DNA of 64,000 nt from an uncultured Candidatus Saccharibacteria bacterium (lineage in GTDB: Bacteria; Patescibacteriota; Minisyncoccia; Phycocordibacterales; CAIZLB01), in NCBI GenBank assembly GCA_964450605.1, contig CAYVEK010000001.1, forward strand, positions 224,597 through 288,596, in the 5' to 3' direction. Positions 47,657-58,072 of this stretch are shown here, piece by piece; the first letter of the stretch is position 1; every line of letters starts with the position of its first letter. The notes beneath the pieces are model-generated. The model worked only from the letters and a program-made list of their open reading frames with translations, ran no database searches and had not been told where the DNA came from. A program made the position numbers and the translations under genes.

Positions 47657-48034
47657 TTGTGCTATCATATATCTAACATGCCCACCCTACGCACACCACA
47701 ACTACAACAAAAATACCACGACTACCTCTCTACCCTAAAACCAAACGAATGTGGACTTTGTAATGCAAAACCATTGAGAGAATACACACACTGGCTCCTT
47801 ATAGAAAATGATTTCCCTTATGACAAGCTAGCAGAAAAACACCTCATGCTTGTATCAAAAAGACATGTTATGGAGCAAGATTTTACACCAGAAGAACAAG
47901 AAGAGTTACGTTTGATAAAACATGAGCTTCTCATCTCGCCCGAATTTGACATGGTTACAGAGAGTACAGAACCACATAAAACTATACCTTTGCATTTTCA
48001 TTTGCATATTATCAAGTTGAGAGAGGATATATAA
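47657..48034 (+). CDS. HIT-like (histidine triad) domain protein
   Basis: C-terminal HFHLHII matches the HxHxHxx histidine triad. An upstream Cys pair (NECGLC) is present. The rest is divergent. Confidence 0.4.
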   Translation: MCYHISNMPTLRTPQLQQKYHDYLSTLKPNECGLCNAKPLREYTHWLLIENDFPYDKLAEKHLMLVSKRHVMEQDFTPEEQEELRLIKHELLISPEFDMVTESTEPHKTIPLHFHLHIIKLREDI

Positions 48035-48039
48035 AAAAA

Positions 48040-48370
48040 TCCCTCTGCGCACTTTCGCGCACATTGGGATGTAGTAAGAGGGGGCCCCAATCAGCCCCAA
48101 ATCGTTCGACGCGGAGGACTCCACACAATTTTAGGAGTCTCAACCGGCGGCGACTCTCCTCTGAATGCGTACGGACGCTTCCGGAGTTGCTTTGTGGCCC
48201 AGACACTGCGACATTTGGCTCTTGCCTGGTTTCTGGACGGAGAAAAGCCAGAGCCTATGTCGTGGACCTGCCGGGTTACGACAGGTTTTTTCAGCGTTTT
48301 GCGCACGTTTCGGTGTAGGTGGATAATCATGGGGTTCTTACGACCTTCATTCGGTCAACATAAATCTACA
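48040..48370 (-). other. GC-rich structured non-coding region 3' of the helicase-nuclease gene, bounded by a minus-strand terminator (candidate ncRNA or structured 3' UTR)
   Basis: ~330 nt at roughly 55-60% G+C (hand count on a 60-nt sample) in a ~33% genome. Only short, mutually overlapping ORFs on both strands. The minus strand ends in a CCCTCT...AGAGGG hairpin plus ATTTTTTT at 48035..48085. Several internal stems are present (GGCTCT/AGAGCC, GGGGC/GCCCC). Confidence 0.25.
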
Positions 48371-48373
48371 CCT

Positions 48374-51300
48374 CTACTCCCCCAAAAGCAACTCCTCAAA
48401 AGCCTCCACTGCCTCCAACCCTTTCAAGGCCTTTACACTCTCTGGCACGGTAAAATCATGTGCTTGTATACGTTTATATATCGCCACGATGAGTCTCTCC
48501 AGCCTCTCCACTTCCTCATCTGTTATCTCCGCTACAAGCACTCCCAATCGCGAACCTTTGCTTTCCAAAAACTCGAGCTGACCACCGAGTACGTGTAAAC
48601 CATTGTATGTTTTTGAGCGTTCGATGAGCATCTTGTAAAATGCGAGTTGTTGTCTATTTGCATGCAGTCGAACTTTTTCATATGCATCTTTTCCGGTCCA
48701 ACTTTTCTTTTCTTTTCCTGTTTTAAAATCACACAGCCAAACACCACCCTCTTCAAAGCGCACAAGATCTATCTTTCCTGAAACAGGAACGTACACATCA
48801 CTATCTTTTAAGACAACTCCTTCGTGTCGAAAATCAACCTCTGTTAGCTCATCACCTTTTAAGGTCAGTATTTTTTCTTTGTATATCTCTGGCAATAAGC
48901 TCAAACCTTTTTCTAAATACAAAGTATGATCATCTCGGCTCAATCGTTCATGGGTCAGACTGTCTGTATACCACTGTTTTACTTCTTCAAGTTTTGGATG
49001 GTGTTTTTCTTTTTTTAGATACAGTACAGAGCGATTTAAGATAGCATGCATCGCTGTTCCATATCCAGCAGAAGCTGTTTTGGCCTGAGGAAAACGTAAA
49101 AGATTATTTTCCAAGAAAAGCATCGGGCCACCCTCGTCAACATTTAAAAAGTTATTTATATGTGTAACTGAAAGTATGTGGTCTTTTGTTAATGTATCGA
49201 GAAGCGCATGTTCTGTGTCCAAAAACTTTGGACCGAGATGTATTGATTTTCTATCAGCAGATATCATGGCTGACTCCAAGAGTTTTTCAACCGATGCTTC
49301 TGTATCCAAATCACCTTCTTCTACAGAAACTCCGATAGAGTTCAAGAAGCGTAAGATATTTGTTTTTTTACCATCATCTCCTGCTCGATGCGATGTGATA
49401 TACAAGTGATTTTTGGCACGAGTCAGTGCAACGAAAAATAGTCGGAGCCAATCATCTTCATTGTCTCCAGCAGGTGCAATGGGCAGGTTTACTGGCAGAG
49501 TTATCAGTTTTCGTCCTTTATTTGTTGCCCAATTTTTATCAGTTGCCCCAACAATACACACAACTTCAAACTCTAGACCTTTTGATTTGTGAGCAGTTAA
49601 GAGATGTACTGCGTTTCGTGCATTTACAAAAGGACTAAGATCAGAAAGTATGATGTCATTTTGTTCATAAGTATCAACAAAATGTATGAGATCTTTCGCT
49701 TGTAGCTCTTTACCTCGTCGGTATTCGCGCACTGCTTGTATAAATGTTCGCAGACTTGATAGGAATACAAGATACTCTGATTTTTCGTGAGAAAACTTAT
49801 CACTGTTAAAATAGTAATCTCTAAATCCTGTTTTATTTATACAATAATCAAGGACATGCTCAGCATTTTCATATGTAGCAAGACGAGCTATCTCAAGTAT
49901 GTGAGTTGTTGCAGTTTGTACAGCAGGAATCTCAAATGTTTTTGCAACATCTATCCATGACACACGTTTTTCATAGGCTTCGCGAGAAAGTCTCCAGATA
50001 TCAAGTGTTTCTATATTCCAAAATGGATAAGTAAAGATCTTTGGTAAAAGTTCATCTTTGGAAGACTCTAAGCAACTCACTGCATAGCGAACAAGAGTTA
50101 CGAGTTGCTGTATGTGAGGCTCTGACAAAACATGTTGCTCTCGTTCATATCGAACAGGTATATTTTTTTCTTGTAGATACGGAACAAGACTTATGAGATC
50201 CTTATGACTTCGGGCGATAACAGCGACATCTTCAGCTTCTACACCGCTATCGAGCGCATGACGTATCTGTTTTGCTACATACGCGTATTCATGTAAACGA
50301 GTATCAAACTCTTTAACTTCGATAGAGTGTTTTTTGCCAAGTCTGTTTTTATGATCAAATATCTTATTTGCCTTTAACTCTTTTGTAAAATCCGCAAGCA
50401 TTTGTTCAAGTCTGTGTTCACCTGTTCGTATCATTGACAAAGCACTTGACACAATCTGTTCATTTGAACGATAGTTCTCAGTGAGTACAATGATCTCCAC
50501 ACCACTATACATACGAGTAAACTCCATGATATTTGAAAGTTCAGCTCCTTGGAACTTGTATATAGCCTGATCATCATCTCCTACAGCCATAATGTTCGGT
50601 CGACCTTCAGACACAGGGTTGTTGGTTAAAAGCCAGATCAACCGCATCTGTGCATCGTTTGTATCCTGAAACTCATCAACAAGAACGTATTGATACTGTT
50701 CTTGTAACTTTGATCGAAGTGAAATATCTTTTTCCAATGTCTGTATCACGTCTAAAATCATGTCATCGAAATCATAGAAACCTTGTCTATACATCTCAGT
50801 TGAATACGCAGTGTAGACTGTCAAAACTTCTCGCAGTAAACCCGCTCGTTTTGCATCAGCAAATACAGATTCACCGTTGTCATCTTTATCAACTTTACTA
50901 TCTTTCCATTTTGTAAAATCTTTTTTCTCTTTAACTGTTGTGGTGAAGTTATAATACAATGCATCGATCAATGAATGATATGACAATACATGTTTGTTAC
51001 CAAAATCTTTGTGCAGTTTTGTGAGTGCTTTTGAAAATTCTTGGTATGTATCTTCTGTGATTCGTTTAGAGATGATAGGAATCAGTGTTTCTTGTATTCG
51101 TATGATGTCTTGGTCATTTGCATCAAGTACAGTTTTAAAATCAGCCGGTGAAAGACCTGCTCGTTTTATATGTGAGATAGTATCAAGTGCTGCGCGCAAG
51201 TATGCATAACCTTGTTCAGGATGAAACGATCTCATCTTTGCATCATACGGCAGTGATTCTATGCATGACTGCATAACGCTATACTTAGTCGCTTCATCAG

Positions 51301-51685
51301 CAGGACGAAGTTGTGCTCCTTTATAAAAATACTCAGGATGTGCATTTATAATACTTGTACATAAATTATGAAATGTATGAATATGAACTCGATAGGCCTC
51401 ATCATGCATAAAGGTAGAGAGACGCTCTCGCATGTTATGAGCAGCTGAGTCGGTAAATGTAAGACAGAGAATGTTTGAAGCTTTTGTATCTGTTTTTTCA
51501 AGAATGTTAGCAATACGCAGTGTTAAGACCTGTGTCTTTCCACTTCCTGGTCCCGCAACAACCAAAACAGGTCCGTCGATAGTATCTACGGCCTTTTTCT
51601 GGGCTTTGTTGAGGCGTGTGTAGGCGGTTTTAAAAGAAGTTGAAGGCATTTTGTTAATTATATAACATGTGATAAAAACTATCAC
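48374..51685 (-). CDS. UvrD/PcrA-type SF1 helicase fused to a C-terminal PD-(D/E)xK nuclease domain (AddA-like)
   Basis: N-terminal UvrD motifs (AGPGSGKTQVLTLRIANIL, DEFQDTN, VGDDDQAIYKFQGA). 1103 aa. The C-terminal GKIDLVRFEEGGVWLCDFKTGKEK resembles the RecB-family nuclease motif. Confidence 0.65.
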   Translation of the reverse strand: MIVFITCYIINKMPSTSFKTAYTRLNKAQKKAVDTIDGPVLVVAGPGSGKTQVLTLRIANILEKTDTKASNILCLTFTDSAAHNMRERLSTFMHDEAYRVHIHTFHNLCTSIINAHPEYFYKGAQLRPADEATKYSVMQSCIESLPYDAKMRSFHPEQGYAYLRAALDTISHIKRAGLSPADFKTVLDANDQDIIRIQETLIPIISKRITEDTYQEFSKALTKLHKDFGNKHVLSYHSLIDALYYNFTTTVKEKKDFTKWKDSKVDKDDNGESVFADAKRAGLLREVLTVYTAYSTEMYRQGFYDFDDMILDVIQTLEKDISLRSKLQEQYQYVLVDEFQDTNDAQMRLIWLLTNNPVSEGRPNIMAVGDDDQAIYKFQGAELSNIMEFTRMYSGVEIIVLTENYRSNEQIVSSALSMIRTGEHRLEQMLADFTKELKANKIFDHKNRLGKKHSIEVKEFDTRLHEYAYVAKQIRHALDSGVEAEDVAVIARSHKDLISLVPYLQEKNIPVRYEREQHVLSEPHIQQLVTLVRYAVSCLESSKDELLPKIFTYPFWNIETLDIWRLSREAYEKRVSWIDVAKTFEIPAVQTATTHILEIARLATYENAEHVLDYCINKTGFRDYYFNSDKFSHEKSEYLVFLSSLRTFIQAVREYRRGKELQAKDLIHFVDTYEQNDIILSDLSPFVNARNAVHLLTAHKSKGLEFEVVCIVGATDKNWATNKGRKLITLPVNLPIAPAGDNEDDWLRLFFVALTRAKNHLYITSHRAGDDGKKTNILRFLNSIGVSVEEGDLDTEASVEKLLESAMISADRKSIHLGPKFLDTEHALLDTLTKDHILSVTHINNFLNVDEGGPMLFLENNLLRFPQAKTASAGYGTAMHAILNRSVLYLKKEKHHPKLEEVKQWYTDSLTHERLSRDDHTLYLEKGLSLLPEIYKEKILTLKGDELTEVDFRHEGVVLKDSDVYVPVSGKIDLVRFEEGGVWLCDFKTGKEKKSWTGKDAYEKVRLHANRQQLAFYKMLIERSKTYNGLHVLGGQLEFLESKGSRLGVLVAEITDEEVERLERLIVAIYKRIQAHDFTVPESVKALKGLEAVEAFEELLLGE

Positions 51686-51844
51686 CTAAAACAGATAAAT
51701 TTTAATTTTCTGTACCACTTTCTTTCTCTTTATTTTTTATAAATTCTTGAACAAATTCTATATTACTTTCTGTTTGTTTCTGTCTAATTTTTTCAGCAGA
51801 AATACCTATTCGCACCAAACCTGCAAAAATTGATGCTGTAAATT

Positions 51845-52126
51845 TTAACAGTGAAAATAATATGGGAATTTTGTATATACTAATAAAACCAAAAAAACAG
51901 GTAGTACAAACAGTCCACAGATAAGAACCACCCAACTATACATATAGTTAATATTATTGGTTAGAAGTACAGCCACAGACAAAACGAAAAATAAAGCAAT
52001 ATTAATTGTCATTATTTGTAGGTCAAACTTTTTTCTTACACCTAACACCCAAGTTAGAGTGAAAAAAATTAAAACCATTAATCCTATGATTCCAATGATG
52101 TCCATATAATTTATATTATAATTCAT
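51845..52126 (-). CDS. small hydrophobic membrane protein
   Basis: 93 aa, three TM helices, directly downstream of rpoD on the same strand. An overlapping 77 aa frame (51702..51935) is an alternative or a frameshifted continuation. Confidence 0.3.
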   Translation of the reverse strand: MNYNINYMDIIGIIGLMVLIFFTLTWVLGVRKKFDLQIMTINIALFFVLSVAVLLTNNINYMYSWVVLICGLFVLPVFLVLLVYTKFPYYFHC

Positions 52127-52128
52127 TC

Positions 52129-53439
52129 CTAGTACCCCTTCAACCGATTTGCCTTATCATGCTGTCGTATCTTCTCATGTGCTTTTGCCTCTATCTGTCG
52201 TATACGCTCTCGAGTAACTCCAAACATCTTTCCTACCTCTTCTAGAGTATGCTGAATACCATCAACCATACCATTTCGAAGCATCAATATCTCTCGCTCT
52301 TTTTCGTTTAGATCATTTAGTATTTCTTTTACCTGATCCTGAAGAATACGTCGTGAAGAATCTTGGTCCGGTGTCATAACTTTGTCATCTGCAACAAAGT
52401 CGGCAAATACAGATTTGTCTTCGTCGTCAACTGGTGTGTCAAGAGATACAGTACTCTGATCGATCTTCTCGATCATATACACCTTATCAACATCAACACC
52501 CATCTCAAGCGCAATCTCTTCTGGCATCGGCTCTCGTCCTAGATCTTGGAATAGACGTCGTACTGTTTGTTTGTATTTAGCAATAGTTTCAACCATGTGT
52601 ACGGGCACACGGATAGTTCGAGACTGATCCGCAAGTGCTCGAGTAATAGATTGTCGTATCCACCATGTGGCATATGTAGAGAACTTGAAACCTCTTTGCC
52701 AATCAAACTTCTGAATAGCTTTAAAGAGACCAATGTTTCCTTCTTGAATAAGGTCAAGAAGTGTCAGATCCTGACTTCGGTTCACATACTTCTTGGCAAT
52801 AGAAACCACAAGACGTAGGTTTGCTCGCGCAAGCAGAGCGACTGCCTCTTGATCTCCAGCTTCGATACGCCGAGCCAATTCTTTTTCTTCATGTGCAGAG
52901 ATAAGATCGTATTGACCAATCTCTTTTAGATACATCTGTATAGAGTCAAACTGGTCATCGCCTCGTCCATGTCCTTGTGTATATTTCTTTAATAAGTCAT
53001 CTTGTTCTGTTTGAACATCAAGAAGTCCACCACTTTCAAGAATGTCTATGTTTGCGCCTTGTAGTTTTTTATACAAATAATCCAAGAAGTTTATATCTTC
53101 TTCTATATGCGGAAACTCTTTTAGAATCTCATCATATGTAACAAATCCTCGTTCTTTTCCTTTAACCATCAACTTCTCAGCTTTCTTGTCATACTTAACA
53201 TCGATAACAGGAGCAAATAGTTTTGCTTTTTCCTCTGGTGTCAAAGTTTTTGTTTTGACCGTTTTTGCATTTGCAACAGCCTTTTTTGCAACAACTTTCT
53301 TAGGAGCAACTTTTTTTGCAACCTTAACAGGTTTAGCATTCTTAGCTACCTTTTTAACAACTTTTTTTGGAGCAGGTTTTTTAACCGCTTTCTTAACTAC
53401 TTTTTTAGCTGTTGATTTTGATGTTTTATTTTTTGACAT
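52129..53439 (-). CDS. rpoD: RNA polymerase sigma factor RpoD (sigma-70) with Lys/Ala/Val-rich N-terminal tail
   Basis: Region 2 ([19 protein letters not shown]), region 3 and region 4.2 ([14 protein letters not shown]) motifs. The N-terminal ~60 aa are AKKVVKK-type basic repeats. Confidence 0.85.
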   Translation of the reverse strand: MSKNKTSKSTAKKVVKKAVKKPAPKKVVKKVAKNAKPVKVAKKVAPKKVVAKKAVANAKTVKTKTLTPEEKAKLFAPVIDVKYDKKAEKLMVKGKERGFVTYDEILKEFPHIEEDINFLDYLYKKLQGANIDILESGGLLDVQTEQDDLLKKYTQGHGRGDDQFDSIQMYLKEIGQYDLISAHEEKELARRIEAGDQEAVALLARANLRLVVSIAKKYVNRSQDLTLLDLIQEGNIGLFKAIQKFDWQRGFKFSTYATWWIRQSITRALADQSRTIRVPVHMVETIAKYKQTVRRLFQDLGREPMPEEIALEMGVDVDKVYMIEKIDQSTVSLDTPVDDEDKSVFADFVADDKVMTPDQDSSRRILQDQVKEILNDLNEKEREILMLRNGMVDGIQHTLEEVGKMFGVTRERIRQIEAKAHEKIRQHDKANRLKGY

Positions 53440-55285
53440 GTTTATGTATTGAAAGTTTATAAATATATTCTGTGAATGTATCTATGTCTGTTTTTTCTTT
53501 AGCAAGTTCGGCTTTTTTTAATTTTTGTTTTACCGTTTCGAAAATAAGGTCGTGTATCTTTTGTTCAACATTTGCAAATGCAATGTCTATCTCTCTTTCA
53601 TAAAAATGAATATCGATCTGTTTTTGACTGTGTATGTTTTCTAAATTATAGACAAGTTTTTCATCAACCTGAACCTTCTTTTGTTCAAGTTCTTGTAATA
53701 ATGTCGTGAGTGGAGCGCTGAGCTCTGGATCGATAATCTCTTGTATCTTACCCAAAAAGCTTTCTTTTACCGTACTTAAATATTGTTTTATTTTTTCATA
53801 AATATCTGGACGAGGCTCGCCTTCAGATATGTTGTCGGGGCTATGTAATTGTTGAGTGTAAATATACAACAAAGCGCGTAATTCTGCAAGTGCTTGGAGT
53901 ATGGTTTCATGCTTATCTACCGGGGGTAGCATATCCCCCTGTTTTAACAATGTATCTATTGACTGGACACCTGTTCTATTGCCCTGTTTTTCGGCTAGTT
54001 CATAGCGCGATATCTCGGTATATATACTATCAAGAGACATCTCAAAGGTGTCGGCGATACGTTTTGTAAAATGCTCTTTGTCAACAGCACTGTCAAGAGA
54101 CGCAACGAGCGGTATAAGCTTCTCTAGTGTGTCTTTTTTGCCAGATCGGCTCGTTATATCACTTTTCGATAATACATACTCTATAACGTGCATGGCATGC
54201 TTAAGAGCTTGTACAAACACACCTTTCCTATCAACAAGTAGAGATGCTGGGTCTTCATTTTTAGGAAGAAGAGCAACCTTGACCTCAAGACCGTGCTTAA
54301 GGGCCATAGTCCAAGCCTTGATAGTCGCTTTCATACCTGCCTGATCCGCATCATATACCAGCATCAGGTTATTTGTATACCTTTTAAGCATGCGAAGGTG
54401 CTCGTCAGTAAGTGCCGTTCCTGATGTGGCAACAGCTTGATCAAAACCTTCCTGATGACACAAGAGTAAGTCTAACTGCCCTTCTACAAGCAGAGCAAAT
54501 TTCCATTTTCGCATTCCATCTTTTGCTTTATGTAAACCATATAGTGTCTGAGATTTATTAAAGATAATTGTGTCTGGACTATTTAAATATTTTGGCTCAC
54601 CCTGATCTATGATACGTGCTGATATAGCAACCGGTTTTCCTTGTATATCAAAGATAGGAAATGTAATACGTCCTCTAAAGAAGTCATACGTGTGACCATG
54701 TATACGATTGGTTTCTTGAGTCTGTTCTTTTGTTTTTATCAGTCCTGCACCAAGTAAACTTTCTGTAGAACTTTCTGTTCGTGCTTGTATATATTGCCAA
54801 GCGTCTGGAGCAAAACCGATAGACCAATTTTTTATAGTCTCATCCGTAAGACCTCTCTTTCGAACATATTCAAGTGGACGAGTTGATTGCCACAACTCTT
54901 GCGCATACGCCTGCACCGCCTGCTCCATCGCAACAAGTGCTTGTTTCTTTTTTGTATCTTCCTCTATTTCTTTAACATCCTTTTTTCGTGCTTCATCCCA
55001 ATCACTTTCTGGTAATCCTGATTTATCAAATAAAACTTTTAACGCTTCTCGAAAAGACAATCTTTCAAATTGTTGAACAAACTCAATCATGTCACCTTTT
55101 GCACCACATCCAAAACAGGTATATGTTTGTCGTGATTCTGAAACGAAAAAAGACGGTGTCTTTTCGTGATGAAACGGACAACATCCCTTATGATTTATAC
55201 CGGCACGTGTAAGTTTGACGTATTGACCAACTATGTCAACAATGTTGAGGCGTTCTTTAATTCTTTCAGGTAGAGACAAGGACAT
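53426..55285 (-). CDS. dnaG: DNA primase
   Basis: Zinc ribbon ([11 protein letters not shown]...CFGCG), RNA polymerase core and TOPRIM region ([15 protein letters not shown]). Overlaps rpoD by 14 nt in the classic dnaG-rpoD operon. Confidence 0.85.
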   Translation of the reverse strand: MSLSLPERIKERLNIVDIVGQYVKLTRAGINHKGCCPFHHEKTPSFFVSESRQTYTCFGCGAKGDMIEFVQQFERLSFREALKVLFDKSGLPESDWDEARKKDVKEIEEDTKKKQALVAMEQAVQAYAQELWQSTRPLEYVRKRGLTDETIKNWSIGFAPDAWQYIQARTESSTESLLGAGLIKTKEQTQETNRIHGHTYDFFRGRITFPIFDIQGKPVAISARIIDQGEPKYLNSPDTIIFNKSQTLYGLHKAKDGMRKWKFALLVEGQLDLLLCHQEGFDQAVATSGTALTDEHLRMLKRYTNNLMLVYDADQAGMKATIKAWTMALKHGLEVKVALLPKNEDPASLLVDRKGVFVQALKHAMHVIEYVLSKSDITSRSGKKDTLEKLIPLVASLDSAVDKEHFTKRIADTFEMSLDSIYTEISRYELAEKQGNRTGVQSIDTLLKQGDMLPPVDKHETILQALAELRALLYIYTQQLHSPDNISEGEPRPDIYEKIKQYLSTVKESFLGKIQEIIDPELSAPLTTLLQELEQKKVQVDEKLVYNLENIHSQKQIDIHFYEREIDIAFANVEQKIHDLIFETVKQKLKKAELAKEKTDIDTFTEYIYKLSIHKHVKK

Positions 55286-55319
55286 ACGTTATGTATACAC
55301 TATACTCTCGAAAGCAGGA

Positions 55320-55787
55320 TTACTCAATATCGACAATAGTGTATTCAACTAGTACACCTTTTGGTGTTTTCACAGTAACCACATCTTTCTCTTTTTTACC
55401 TATTACAGCAGCTCCAATATGTGATTTTGTAGATATTTTATTTTCAGACGGATCTATCTCCTCTGAACCTACAATAGTGAATATTTCCGCTTTCTTTTCT
55501 CCTTTTTTCTGTAGGTGTACTTTTGTACCAACTTCTACTGTGTTTGAGTGGTGTACCTTAACAATCTCGGCGTTAGCAATAACATTTTCAAGTTGAGCAA
55601 TACGATCTTCGACAATAGCCTGATCCTCTCGAGCTTTGTTAAATTCAGCGTTTTCTGAGAGATCTCCGAGTGATCGAGCGTACTCGAGGTCCTGAGCAAT
55701 CTCTTTTCGACGTACGGTTTTGAGCTCATTAAGCTCTTTTACTAGTTCATCGTATTTTTCTTGTGAGACGTATTCCTTTTTTTGCAT
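55320..55787 (-). CDS. greA: transcription elongation factor GreA
   Basis: 155 aa with an N-terminal coiled coil (EKYDELVKELNELK...LSENAEFNKARE) and a C-terminal FKBP-like domain. Confidence 0.85.
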   Translation of the reverse strand: MQKKEYVSQEKYDELVKELNELKTVRRKEIAQDLEYARSLGDLSENAEFNKAREDQAIVEDRIAQLENVIANAEIVKVHHSNTVEVGTKVHLQKKGEKKAEIFTIVGSEEIDPSENKISTKSHIGAAVIGKKEKDVVTVKTPKGVLVEYTIVDIE

Positions 55788-55832
55788 GACTAGCAGTATA
55801 CCACACTTTAGGGTTATTTTTCAAGCCTATTT

Positions 55833-56153
55833 TTAAGCCTTTGCTTCGAGGAGAGTAACCCTACTTTCCACTAGATCTAGGTCTGATTTTGTAGCCACGT
55901 GTTTTAACTGTCTACCCATCAAATCCACCTTTAAATCAAGGATTTTGATATCATCTTTTACCTTTGACATATCAGCCTGGAGATTTTCTATCTTACCATC
56001 AACTTGCTCAAATTTTTCATGAATCTGATCAAAACCTCGGGTCATAATCTCACCGAGTTCGTTAATCTGTTTTTGCATACCTCCAAATCCATCTTGCATC
56101 ATTTGCGCTAGGGTATCTAAAGTCACCTCTTTTTGTTTAGTGTTTTCTACCAT
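55833..56153 (-). CDS. hypothetical coiled-coil protein
   Basis: 106 aa with heptad-rich composition and no TM segment. Confidence 0.35.
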   Translation of the reverse strand: MVENTKQKEVTLDTLAQMMQDGFGGMQKQINELGEIMTRGFDQIHEKFEQVDGKIENLQADMSKVKDDIKILDLKVDLMGRQLKHVATKSDLDLVESRVTLLEAKA

Positions 56154-56381
56154 TATTATTTTTTTCTATTATAGTTAGGGCTTATAATATGTTTATTTTG
56201 CGTCTCGTAGTCAAGTTCGTAGTAGGATTTTGTGTTTTGTTATTGCAATTATATTCTCCTTTTGTGTTGATGCAAGTTTTTATAGAAATAGAAAAATAAT
56301 ATGACTTTAGGTCAAGGGATTTTTAACTTTTCCTTACTATTTATTAAAAATAAACCTTAAACTCTATAGCAATGCTATTTT

Positions 56382-56774
56382 TCAAATTATAAAAAGAACA
56401 AGTATTGAAATACTTAAAAATATACCAGCTAGGGCAAAAAATGTCATATACATTCTGTAATTCTTTTTCAATACAGAAATGGAAGCCTGAATTGAAGCAT
56501 CTTTAACGTCCGATACATCTTTACCAAAACTCATTATCATATAACTATCAAAGCTAAACAAGCTTTTTCCGTAAGAATCTTTAAAATTAACCATCTGCTT
56601 ACGAGCAGGTAGTATAACACCTTTCATATTCTCTACTGGATATCCAGCATTCTTCAAAGATTTTCGTAATTTGTATGACTTTATCAACAACACCAATACA
56701 GATATAAAACTACAAATAAAAAATAAGACTGTTATAAACAGTAGTGCCGGAAAAACTAATATTTGATAATCCAT
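56382..56774 (-). CDS. hypothetical membrane protein
   Basis: Two TM helices, one at the N-terminus and one at the C-terminus. Confidence 0.35.
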   Translation of the reverse strand: MDYQILVFPALLFITVLFFICSFISVLVLLIKSYKLRKSLKNAGYPVENMKGVILPARKQMVNFKDSYGKSLFSFDSYMIMSFGKDVSDVKDASIQASISVLKKNYRMYMTFFALAGIFLSISILVLFII

Positions 56775-56815
56775 AAGATGGATTATATCAATAATTAATA
56801 CAATTTAACACTTAC

Positions 56816-57904
56816 CTACACCTTAAACTCCATCACATCACCATCCTTCACAATATACTCTTTTCCTTCTGTTCGAACTAATCCTTTTTCTCGAGCTGTT
56901 CCGTATGACCCCGCATCAATCAAATCTTTCCAGAAAATCACTTCGGCTCTGATAAATTTGTCTTTAAAATCAGTATGAATCGCTGTTCCCGCAAGTGGTG
57001 CAGTCCAACCTCTTTTTATAGTCCACCCTCGAGTCTCCTCTACTCCAGTTGTAAAATACGTAATCACATCGAGAAGTGTATACCCCGCCTTGATCAGATC
57101 GTTCACACCATCATCATGCGCGCCGAGTTCTTCACGAAACATTTGTTTTTCCTCTCCTTCTAGGTCTTTAAGGTCATGTTCTATACGTGCATCGACAAAT
57201 GTATACACTGCATTTTCTTTTTTGAAAAAATCCATAAGAGCATCGAGACGTTCACCTTCAATATTTGTTCCACCAGATTTTCTGTTAAGCACATACATCA
57301 TCGGCTTCATAGTTATAAGCTGAACTGTTTTCATAAGTTCATGTTCTTCAGGAGTTAGATCGACTTTACGTGCTAGTTTTTCTTCTTCAAGTGCTATTTT
57401 TATTTTTTCCAAAACTTCTTTAAGAGCAATGGCTTTCTTGTCTCCTTTTTTAATCTCACTTTCAATAGAACCAAGTCGTTTTTGCACAACTTGCAGATCT
57501 GCAAGTATGAGCTCAAGATTTATAACTTCAATATCACTGAGCGGATTAACTTTTCCATGTACATGTATAAGATTTGAATCTTCATACAAACGCACAACAT
57601 GAGCAATAGCAGAAACTTCTCGTATATGCTGTAAAAACTGATTACCAAGTCCTTCGCCTTCTGAAGCGCCTTTTACAAGGCCGGCGATATCAACAAACTC
57701 TACTATAGCTGGTACAGTTCGTTTTGTTTGTGAAAATTCGGCTAGTTTATAGAGCCTTTCATCAGGCACAGCAACAACTCCCACTGATGGGTCTATAGTA
57801 CAGAATGGGTAGTTTTCTGCTGGTACTGATTTTTTGGTTATGGCGTTAAATAGGGTTGATTTTCCTACGTTTGGTAGGCCTACGATGCCGCAAGATAAGT
57901 TCAT
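56816..57904 (-). CDS. ychF: ribosome-binding ATPase YchF
   Basis: MNLSCGIVGLPNVGKSTLFNAIT (P-loop), NYPFCTIDP and a C-terminal TGS domain. The track ORF 56816..58210 carries a 102 aa non-homologous N-terminal extension and is trimmed to the Met at 57904. Confidence 0.8.
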   Translation of the reverse strand: MNLSCGIVGLPNVGKSTLFNAITKKSVPAENYPFCTIDPSVGVVAVPDERLYKLAEFSQTKRTVPAIVEFVDIAGLVKGASEGEGLGNQFLQHIREVSAIAHVVRLYEDSNLIHVHGKVNPLSDIEVINLELILADLQVVQKRLGSIESEIKKGDKKAIALKEVLEKIKIALEEEKLARKVDLTPEEHELMKTVQLITMKPMMYVLNRKSGGTNIEGERLDALMDFFKKENAVYTFVDARIEHDLKDLEGEEKQMFREELGAHDDGVNDLIKAGYTLLDVITYFTTGVEETRGWTIKRGWTAPLAGTAIHTDFKDKFIRAEVIFWKDLIDAGSYGTAREKGLVRTEGKEYIVKDGDVMEFKV

Positions 57905-58072
57905 AATAGTGACTATAACATATGTGTATAAAAAATTCCCCTCGCACCAACTATGTTGACAATATTTATAATATATTGCTATATTGTGTACAGCCCACCG
58001 AGGGCACTTAGAACCCGATGTGTCAGAACCTGGATAAAACCAGTAGTAAGATGTGTCACTATCCACAACCCC

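Noticed and set aside
48040-48370. tmRNA, RNase P RNA or SRP RNA identity for the GC-rich block
   Set aside because: A 5' GGGG...UUCGAC-like string exists on the plus strand, but no T-arm/acceptor 3' end is found at the right distance and the 3' side is inside the helicase CDS. RNase P-like fragments (AACCCGGC, GGAAGCGUCCG) occur on the minus strand but in the wrong order. No SRP GGAA-AGCAGC core was found. The region is left unclassified.
48064-48598. Short overlapping ORFs (48012..48206-, 48064..48318+, 48091..48330-, 48194..48598+)
   Set aside because: They are mutually overlapping frames on both strands in a GC-rich block. Frames open up by chance in GC-rich DNA. There are no RBS-like sequences, and one extends into the helicase CDS on the opposite strand.
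51702-51935. 77-aa minus-strand ORF
   Set aside because: It overlaps the 93-aa membrane ORF 51845..52126 by ~90 nt in another frame. Only one can be real, or a frameshift joins them. The longer frame adjoining the rpoD stop was preferred.
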